Assembly: GCF_036321535.1 (NCBI RefSeq)
Contig: NC_087436.1
Location: 66,342,001 to 66,406,000, forward strand
Length of the DNA: 64,000 nt
Reading direction: 5' to 3'
Source of the DNA: Camelus dromedarius
Lineage: Eukaryota
Numbering within the stretch: the first letter of the stretch is position 1; each line of letters opens with the position of its first letter. Positions 53,981 through 64,000 of the stretch are shown in pieces. A program made the translations under genes and the position numbers. The notes under the pieces are model-generated. The model ran no database searches, was not told the DNA's origin, and was given only the letters and a program-made list of their open reading frames with translations.

Positions 53981-54420
53981 TTGAATCTATCAAAAATCTA
54001 TTTGATAATATGGATGTCTTACAAATTATCTGTTCATGATAAAAGTATAATTAAAAATATGTAAAAGAGGTAATATTTACTTTATAAGTAAAAATATGTT
54101 ATGATCTTGTAACATACAGTTGAAAATCAGGAAACTCAATTTTAGCTGATGCTAACTGAAAGGGGATTTATTTGAAATATAATGGAAACAATTGATAAGA
54201 TACACAGATTCAAAAACATTTACCTAATATCTATAAATGGAAAAGAGAAGTTTTCCTACCTTAGTTAGCAAACAAATTTTATTTAGCACATTTTTTCAAG
54301 TGTCATTTGTTTATTAGGTGTTTCAAGGTGAAACAGCGGTGTTTTTACGTTATTTTTATGACCAATTACAAGCTAACCAATTTCGTACCTTTCTGTGTGA
54401 TGTAAAAAAAAAGGATTCGT
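53940..54420 (+). pseudogene. Possible N-terminal remnant of bornavirus L polymerase (EBLL) following G
   Basis: ESIKNLFDNMDV at 53983-54018 ~ QSLKNPLLGTEV with the same spacing (CTA is one base from CCA/Pro), at the position expected just after the G stop. Much weaker matches further on: WK at 54183, NQF..CD at ~54375-54400. Confidence 0.3.
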
Positions 54421-56386
54421 AACTGTCTTTAAAATTATGTATTAACCTCTTTCCAAGAGCTCTGCATTATAAGACAGTTCAACAAGAGTCAGAAATCTAC
54501 ACTCACTATTATTCATAACCTAATAAAAAAGAAAACTGAAGGAAATTTTAGCTAATTGAACACAAGGAAACAACCTACATAGAGAAAAGACAGATGTGTT
54601 CTGGTAATTTTGCTCTCAGGCATAAAACCAATAATCACTCTTGGTACTCTCTTAGAGGAAAACATAGGCATTTAGTTTTCTCAGTTTCTCCGAAGGTAGT
54701 CAAGCCTCTGGCAGCTTAGGTTTCATGGTCACTCTTGTTCCACGTCACTTATTTAGAGTAGCCAGCCATAGATTTGGCTTTGCTTTTCTGAAGTCATTTG
54801 ATTCAGTACTGATTTACAGTCATCTGCTCTGGAAACACGTTTTTCACTCTGATTCTATTCCTCTAGATGTTCTTCTGAAAAAAAGGCATGCCTTTGTGAG
54901 ACAAAAATATGTTTTAGACCTAGTTTATTTTCTTACTTTTTGAAAATTAATGAGACTATTATGTGTAAATGCAATCTAAATGTAAGCTGCAAAAAGCAAA
55001 TGGATTTCTCTTTGTTAAAGGTTTTAAAAACAAGGCTTCTTATCTTTTCTTTCTCTCTCCTCCCTTCCTCCTTCTTTCCTAATTTCTTCTTTCTTGCTTT
55101 TTTTTTTAACTCTTTCTTCCTCCCTGCAATCCTAAACAGTCTCTCCCCATCTTGACTAAATAGATATAATTGATTATTGAGTTTTTTCTCTAAAGAGCAA
55201 CATTTTTATTCAGGTTAACCACAAACTAAATTCAATTTATATTCTAAAGTCTTTAATTTTTTTTTTGTAATGTATGAAGACCCCTTAAAAGGCAAGGCAA
55301 TTATTTAAGACAAACAAATTTGATGAGTGAAAACTGATGTGCAAGTATAATTGATTTTCAAAACCGGGAAATAATTTGTATGATTGTTGATAAATAATTA
55401 AGGACTTGTTAGTGTAAGTTTGAGATTGTGATCTTTATGATAGGCAAACCTCCACTGAGTCTAACCAATCATTTGGAATATTTAACTAAATATTGATAAA
55501 GTAAAAATTTAGATCTTTGAATTATCTGGATTGTCTTGTCAAATAATGCAAGTATATAATTTCATACCTTTTATTTATTTAGTGTTATCTACACTAAGGA
55601 AAGTTTATGCTACCTATGTTAACACATTTTTCTTAAATAAAGCTTATTCTTTGTGAAATATAACAAAAGTGTAGAAAATATGTCACCCATTCAAATTGGG
55701 AATATATTAAAATAAATATCACTGGGTTAATTCAGCGATATGAAAGGATAGATGTTATTAATTCAACTCAGTTCAAATACTTGGAGAGAAAATATAGCTT
55801 TGTGGCGGGAGGGTAGAGTGCTCGATTATTGTTTCTAAATAACAATGACTTGAAACTTTTTCCTTAAATTATCTGCAAGTAAAATGAAGTTTCACGACTG
55901 ATTCACAAAGAATCACACTCTTCAGGGTACCTAAAACAGTCACAGTATCTATCAATAAATAGTTTTATATTACCATTGATCAAAACCTCTTCATTGTAGT
56001 CAACTAGCTATCTACAAGGCCACTAAGAAATAATAAAAAGACAATTAGTATTTAATTCCCTTTTTAAAGGTTTACTCTTCAAAATTTTGACCATGCACAT
56101 AGAAGTCTTATCTAATGTGTATTAATTTAGGCTAATTCATATTTCATATATTTACATATACAAGTAAGTAAAATTATGCAGCTAAGGCAAGTAGCTAAGA
56201 GTGATTCCATGTGAAATTCATATTGAAATTATTTAAAGCCCTTTCTGATTAAGTATGACTTTTGGTTGCAAAGTACTATTTAATTGCAACTTGTGTTTTA
56301 TCATCAAAAGTAATTTGTCGATCTCTACAATCAATCTACCTGCTTGTGCAATTTGGCAAAAGCCAAAGAAGTAGTAGAAATCTTGA

Positions 56387-56406
56387 GCACTCACAAGATG
56401 GCAGTA
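56387..56406 (+). promoter_or_regulatory. Candidate CTCF site
   Basis: GCACTCACAAGATGGCAGTA resembles CCACNAGATGGCAG. Confidence 0.45.
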
Positions 56407-56814
56407 GTGTAACATTAATGTTAATGTCTATTATTCATAAAAGAAAACAAAGCCTTGAATCTTCAAAAAAGAAAATACTATAAAATGATAACCATGGAGT
56501 CAAGTCTAAATATAGAAAATGATCAGAAAGGTAGGTGATTTTGAAATAAATATAATATATTAAGCCTCAGGAAGGCAGCTTAAATGTAATAATTCTTTCT
56601 TGTAACAATCTGCTTTTTACTGACCTTTTTTTCCATGAGAAGGTGTTACAAAAGAGGGCTCCTTACCCTTTCCTCTCTCGTGCAAGCGAGTTGAAAAAGA
56701 GTAAATTCCTGAATCGGTTTTTCACAGTGTATTCTTAAAATTCCAACAACCATAGTAAACACTAGGAACAAAACATAAGAATTTTGTACACTTTGTTTTC
56801 AAATTTTGGTAGAA

Positions 56815-57030
56815 TGTAGGAAAAGTGAAAGCACACAGCACAGTTGCTGGCATCAGATATACCCATGCAGAAATAACGGCTTCCTCACTTTAGGTGTGTT
56901 ACTTAAGTTCTCCAAGCCTTTGTTTCCACATCCACAACATGGAAGTCATAGAATCTACCTTTGGGACAACCTTGAGAAACAAATGACATGTAGCTATTGT
57001 TATTGTCATAGGCATAACTCTTGATACAAG
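56815..57030 (+). mobile_element. MIR SINE
   Basis: tagaatgtaggaaaagtg..ggcttcctcact..gttacttaagttctccaagcctttgtttccacatc..atggaagtcatagaatctacct. Confidence 0.65.
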
Positions 57031-57609
57031 ATTACAGGATACACTCAAATGGATGCATGTTCTAACAGCTCTAAGTCTTTTCAGCAAAGATCATTATAGT
57101 TCTGTATTCCTTTGTGGCAGAATTTACTGCATTGCTTCCCTGGGATGACCCCACTCTTTGTGTGACTACCATGTCTCCAGTGTATTCCTCTGTTCTGAGT
57201 TATTGGTCTAGTCATATAGATTCCAATGTGTTGTTACAGAGCCTTCTCAGATTGGCTATGAGTCAATTCTTTACTATTCATCTGCACTTATCTTTTCCTT
57301 CCTGTTGACCATTTCTTATTCTGAGTAGCATTCCTGACTTTCTTTTTCCTTTTCCATTACATTCAGCCAAACCTAGACTTTTGGAGAAGTAAATAAGCCT
57401 CTGTTTTGTTGTCTTTTATTACCAAATTGTCCTAATTCACATATATGTCCAGATCATTGTGAAATATTAAGGAAAGAATTTTGCATACTCCTGTTAGACA
57501 TATTCGAGTCAAATATCCAATGTACTTGTGTAATGCATGCTTAGAAGTATAGTTTTCCATCCAGTTTCCAAACAGTTTTCCATCTGGTTGTTGAATAAAA
57601 TCCAAATGT

Positions 57610-59965
57610 TGTTTAACATCACTAACTGAAGTATGACATATACAAAATCACATATATAAAAATAATTCATCTCAAGGAATTATCATAAAATAAACACACC
57701 TGTGTAACCACTGGCAATGTCATTTATAAAAAAAAAAAGTCCACAAGCATGTTTCATGCTTTATCTAAATTTTTATACCCTTACTTCTCCCTAAAAGTAC
57801 TCATTATAAAGCTACAAATTTATATTTATATTTATAAAGCTACAAATTTAATTTATATTTATAAAGCTACAAATTAGTTTTGCCTGATTTTCAACTTCCT
57901 ACAAATGGAATCATATGCTTGCCTAAGGTTTTATATCTGGCTCTTTTTAGTCAACATTATGTTAATGGGATTCATCTTGATTTGATATAACTATAGTCCA
58001 TGCCATTCCATCGGTGTATAACAGTGAATTAAATGAAGAGACTAAAATATATGTATCTAATCTACAGAAATTTAGGTTGTTTCAAGTTGGGAGCTATTAT
58101 AAATAATGTTGCTATGAACAATGTTTTAATTACTTTTGAGAACTTCTATGTGTTCACCTAGGGGTGAAATTGTTGTATCCATAGCATGTTGCATATGCTC
58201 AGTTTTGTCAGGAAATGTGAGAATCTTCCAACATTGGAGTATCAACCTCTGTTCTCATAAGCAATCTATACGAATTCATATTGCCCCACAGATTGTCCAA
58301 ATTTTTAATTTTAGACCATCCAGTGACTTTATAGTCTCATCTCAGTATGAGGCTTTTTTAGAATATTCTTAATAAAATGTTTCAAACATTCCAAAAATTA
58401 GGAAAAAAAAAAAAAAACTTCTACGGTTAACTCCCACATGGTCCTTACATAGATTCTACAATTAGTATTTGACAGTATTTGCTTCAAAACATATTTATAC
58501 ATCAGTCAGTCCCCATAGCCATCCATCAGTCAATCTTAAATTTTTAATATCATTCAAGGTAAGTTACAAACCTCAATATACAACTTCTAAACACTTTGGC
58601 ATGCTTATCCAGAAACTGGAGTTCATTATTTGTTTATGGGATTTTTGGGGAGAGAAAATAAAAATAAATAAAACCCACAAATCTTAAATTTATCAATAGA
58701 TGAGTTCTGACCAATGCAGGAACTGTGTAAGTCGAAATCCTATAAAGATATAGAAGAACATAATCACTCCAGAAAGTTCCCAAATACCTCTTCCCAATAA
58801 TTCCCAGTCTTACATCTCCTACAAGAGATAACCATCCATTTGCTTGTGCTAGAATTTCAGATAAATGGAATAATACACAGTAGCTTTTTGTGTATGACTT
58901 TTTAAATGTAGCTCAAAGTGTTTGTCATAGCTCTACTGAGGTATAAGTGACATAAAGAAATTACACATAGTAATGCACACAAGCTGATAATTGTGACACA
59001 TCCTAAAACCCCTTTGCAATCGTTCCCTCTTAGTTATCCCAAATCCCCAATCTCTAGACAACAACCTATCTGCTTTTTATTACTAGAGATAAGTGTACCT
59101 AGTCCAAAATTTCATGAAAATGGAATCATACAGCATGAACTCTTCTTTGGTTTGGCTTCTTTCACTCATCACAATTATTTATTTGGTCTCTGTGTCAAAT
59201 TCATTCCTATTTATTCATGCTAAGTATTCCATTTTATACACACACACATACATGTAGTATACATATTTATTACAACGGACATTTGGGTTGCTTCCAGCTT
59301 TTGTCTATTACAAATAAAACAGCTATTGAACATTTATATACACATTATTATATAAATGTATACTTTCACTCTCTTGGATATCTGGATGTGGAATGGTTGA
59401 GTCATATGGTAGATGTAGGTTTAAATAAGAACATGACAAATTGTTTTTGGAAAAGGTTTTAGTATTTTAATTCTAACTAGCCATGTATGCTCCACAACCT
59501 CACCAACACTTGGTATAGTCACTCTTTAATGTTCATCATTTTATTATTTTAGAGGTAATAGCTAATTGTGGTTTTATTTGACTTTCCCAACGATTAATAA
59601 TGCTAAATATATTTGCATGCACTGATCTGTCGTATGTCATCTTTTCTAAAAACTAGTTTATTGAGGTATGAGTCACATGTAAAAAGCTGTATATATTTGT
59701 GTATGTAACTCGATGAGTCTGGGGATAGATATATACCATGAGAACATCACCACCAACAAGGTCATAAACATATCCGTCACCTCTTAAAGTTGTCTCCTAC
59801 CCTTTTTATTCTTATAATGTGTGTGTGTGGTAAATACTTAATATAAGGTCTTCCTTCTTAGCAGATTGTAAGTACACAATGCAGTTTTGTTAGCTATCGC
59901 ACTATGCTGTATAGCAGATTTCCAGAATTTATCTTCTATAACTGAAAATCTGCACACTTTAACCA
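57610..59965 (-). mobile_element. Cluster of nested L1M (MA/MB/MC-type) 3' end fragments
   Basis: Repeated reverse-complement L1 3'UTR signatures: aaatggaatcata (57900, 58860, 59120), ggacatttgggttgcttccagcttttg, ttattgaggtatgagtcacatgtaaaaagctgt. Confidence 0.8.
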
Positions 59966-60657
59966 AATGATGACATGGCATATTAGAAATTGGCATTTAC
60001 TTTACTATAACTTTGTGTGACATACTGGAGTATTAAACATTTAACATAGTGTAGCTAAGACTGACTGACTTTGGGGTAAAAAACATTTCTGTTGTGTATT
60101 TTTACTGTATGCCTACAGTTTCTAGAGAGAATAGCTTAATTAAGATTTGATTTTAATAGATGTGCACTGATCATCCTGGTTAAAAAAAAGAAAATATTTT
60201 CTATTTAAACCATATTTTTGTTGCCCCATCATGCTATGTATTTTTGCCATACCAATTTTTGAAGAATATGATGCTATTAACTGAATACTCCAGTTCATAA
60301 TCATACTAAAAACTGATGGTTTCAGCCTTTCCTTCAAGTTACAAAAATAACTAGTTAAATAGTGAAAAACTGACTACTTGATATAACAATTTGTAACTGA
60401 AAAACATTTACTAAATCAAATTGTTCTTGTTCCTAAATTAGTAAAACAAATATGTTTATATAGCTAGTGCTTCATTGATCCATTGCTTTCAAACTTGATA
60501 AGCAAACTATACCACATGTCTAATTCAGTGCTTTATGATAAAAAAAGAACCTATAAGATATAGAATATTATTCATAACTATTGCCATATGCTTTCTAAAA
60601 TCTAATATACTTAAAACTGAATCAAATACAACCAGAGACACTACACTGATATTGACT

Positions 60658-60810
60658 GGAAGGCAGCATGATAGTGAAGAAACTGCTCTGAACTTAGAGC
60701 ACCCAAGATTTTGATTGCAGTACCAGTGGTTTAAATGTCTCTGTGTGTAAATTTGAGAAACATCACTTAAACTCTCTGAACTTCCATTTTTCTGTTAAAT
60801 GAGAGACCTC
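60658..60810 (+). mobile_element. MIR SINE
   Basis: ggaaggcagcatgatagtgaagaaactgctctgaacttagag..tgtgtaaatttgagaaacatcacttaaactctctgaacttccatttt. Confidence 0.7.
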
Positions 60811-63800
60811 AAGTAAATACTTCCTACAGCCACTTAAAAATCTAAGCAATTATGATGTAGTATTCTACATTTCTACAAGGTTATTTTTCCATATCTGGTT
60901 TTTAGAGCTCCAAAATGAATTTCCTTATGCCCTGTACTAAAACAGCAAGAGCAAGATTGCTTATGATTGTGTGAAATAGTTAAGCTCAAACCTGAATAGC
61001 CAATTAATGTCTAAAACAAAACTGTCATTTTCTCATTTAACTGAAATCCTGCTATCAGTGACCCCATCTATAATTTTGTCACCATTATCACAGTCTCTGT
61101 TATATAAAGCTTCAGAAGCCATCTCAAATTTATGTCTCATTTTTGAGTTACCAAAAGTCCTGTCTATTCTTCATTCCATACCCATATGTATCCTTTACAA
61201 GCCAGTTCTTTCTGAAAACTCCCATATCTGCCCATGCTTCAAATACTACATTTAGGTGAATTAATCCCATTTCTAGCCATCTTCCAATCCACTCTGTAAA
61301 AACTGCCCAGCTAAATACCACTTTTGTAATTTTAATTCTTTTCATAAAAATCCCAAATCTGACATTTTCATTGTACCTTCTTTAGATATTGCATAATCTT
61401 GGATAAAATACTCAAAAATTTTTCTTCTAAGCTTTAATATATACTATGGGAATATGGATGTTTAAAATATGCACAGCAGTAAACACACAAATGTGCCACA
61501 TTTTACATTAGTTTACAATGCAAATTGCATCAAGTTTTTATTAATGTGTCATCCTTGGCAATTCCCATAACCCCTGCTGAATTTACATTTAAGATGATTG
61601 CTTCATGATCACGATCAGAATGATCAACTCAGCAGGTTTTTAATAATCTACAAACTTTATAAAAGCCACTTTCTACAGTAAGTCTATTGCTTTTAGAATA
61701 AAAGGACAACTAATGTAAATGATTATTTTATTCCAAAAAACTGGAGTGCTTTTTGAAACTTTAAAACTCATATTAATAATGTATGCTGAATGAGAACTAT
61801 TTCTTTCAACACATGTAAAAGAATTTAAAGTTATGTTAAAATAGCAAAGAGAAGTCATTTATTATCTTAATGATGCACTAGGGCTCCAAGCTCTGAATGT
61901 TTATAGGTATGAATAATTTAAGTGTTGCATTTCCAAGTGATGGGAATTTTAAAGATAAATGTATATACCCATATTATATGCATTATAAAAAGTTTCATGT
62001 TTTTTTCATGCCAATACTTTTTACCTGAAGAATACACCATAGCAATTTCTCAATATGTCACCCATACAAAGTAACGGTATAGAAAATCTTAGCATTCTTT
62101 ATTTATTTGCAAATTTTAAATTAATAGCTTCATATTTTAAAATTACATATTAACAAATATTTATTGACTTGCTATGTGCAGAATTATATGTTAGAAAAAT
62201 TGGAGTTTGGCAATATGTTTTCGAGATCTGACACAGGACTATAGTATCCTTACAAAAATTACTTGAAATCTTTATGCCCATCTTAGCACCTCTAAATTTT
62301 TCTATACATGTTGAAAACAGAATCAGTTATTCTACTGGCTTTTAAAAAAATGTAGTTTGACTATTTTCAAAGTAAATGATTAAGTAATTATTTTAGGATT
62401 TAGGCTCTGCTAAAGTTGGTTATATTTGAAACCAAAAATGAACATTTTTAATGTACTTGTTTATTTAATTATATTAATTTTTCAAAGCTTCTGGTAGTGT
62501 TTGACTCATAAAAGATTCAAATATTCTATTTCTTTGCTCAACAATTTCAAAAACAAAACATCTATGGTAATAGCACATATTTTGAGCATGATGAGTAGAT
62601 ATAATTGCATAAACTCATTTGGACAGAAACAATCTTTTTCTCGCATTTTCACTACGTAGAAAGGAGGCAGAAATTGCAGAACAGATAGAGATTAGTGAAT
62701 AACTAAAATTGCATCACATGTGGGATCTTTTATGTAACAAGCCTCCTTGAATTTACATAATAACAAAGGGCAGAAAGTAGAATGGGCCAGATCCAAATTA
62801 GGGCTTCCTATTGAATTGTAGAATGTGTGGAATATATTTGAGTTGGTGGGGATAGCATAAGTAAATTTGAAAAATTCTTTCTCTTGTCTTTAATTTTCCA
62901 GGGGCAAGTTTCTAGGTTCAAAAAGCAGAATGAAGTGAAATGTACTTTGAGAAGCATCAATGTGCTTTTCTGACATTTTAAGTAGTACAGGACCACAGCA
63001 GCTGGAATTTTTGTGCCAGAGAATAATTTTTGGAGGGAAATAATAGTCCTCCTTAGTCATTGGGTTTCTGTTGCTTTGAATTTCTCAGCATTTAGTAGAC
63101 CCAAAGAGTCTAACTTAATTTTTTACTTCTCAGTCATTTTGGTAATTACGTTGATACGGTGTTTTTTTTTTAATATTCAGAGACTACAGACACATATGCA
63201 CAGTTTTAGGTGTACAATTACATCAACATTTATTTAGAACTAATACCAATTTTTTTCATCTGAGTGAAGTACTTCAGTGGGTAAATACATTTATCCTTTT
63301 GAGAAAACATCATGGCAGACACTTCCTGAAAACTTTAATAGTCAAAAAATGTCTTTTCTATCATAAATTTAGCTAGATACAAAAATCTGGGCTCACAGTT
63401 GATTTTGCTCACATTTTATAAATATTTGTATATTCTTTCTTACTTTTCAATATTGAAGATGAGAAGTCTATTAACATGTATTAGTACTTTTAGTTAAAAG
63501 CAAGTTCTCTTTCTCTGAAGATTTGTATCTAACTCACAAATTCTTATTAACAGACATATGATTTTAAATATTATTTCCCATTAACAAATAAGGGCTTTAA
63601 AATAATTCTATGAAAGCCATTTTTTAATCTGAATTTAGTCCAAATTTTAAATTTCAATTAATATTTTGTCCTTTCTGTAAGTAATCTTTTAGCAAAAATA
63701 TAAAACTCGACTAGTTGTATCACTTCTATTAATATATTTGTATTAATGTAACAAAATCAAGATTTTATAAATCATAATTACTATTTTAATATATTAAAAT

Positions 63801-64000
63801 AAATATAAAACTAAATGGTAATTAGGAAATGAAATATGAATTGATATTTTAATCTTTAACAAGTTAGATTATAATTTTGAATGATAGGGTGAGCACTCTT
63901 TTTCTTTTAAGTATTATTTATTAAATATTTATTACTTTCTAGGTACTGTTAAAACACTGAGGCAATATAGCAAAACATAAGACATAATCTGTTATCTCAG

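Noticed and set aside
1..64000. The short ORFs in the six-frame track as host protein-coding genes
   Set aside because: All are 112 aa or shorter, many start at non-ATG codons, most lie in repeats or low-complexity sequence, and none resembles a host protein I recognise or has clear exon structure.

Overview
AT-rich, CpG-poor mammalian DNA, almost certainly camelid (three copies of the tRNA-derived Vic-1-type SINE, plus camelid-type L1 3' ends). I can support no host protein-coding exon. The listed ORFs are chance ORFs or fragments of repeats. Most of the window is interspersed repeats: old L1M pieces, L2, MIR, MLT1/ERVL LTRs, a Tigger1-derived MITE, MER3 and a younger solo LTR. The main find is a non-repetitive ~1.8-2.2 kb stretch on the + strand (~52210-54020, possibly to ~54420). 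Read across frameshifts and stops, it is colinear with the bornavirus glycoprotein G over nearly its whole length. It is preceded by a probable matrix (M) C-terminal remnant and followed by a possible L N-terminal remnant. This looks like a decayed endogenous bornavirus-like element in M-G-L order, joined at its 5' end to an L1 endonuclease fragment. All viral alignments were made by eye against BoDV-1 proteins recalled from memory and need confirming by a search. Repeat subfamily names and boundaries are also by-eye estimates.
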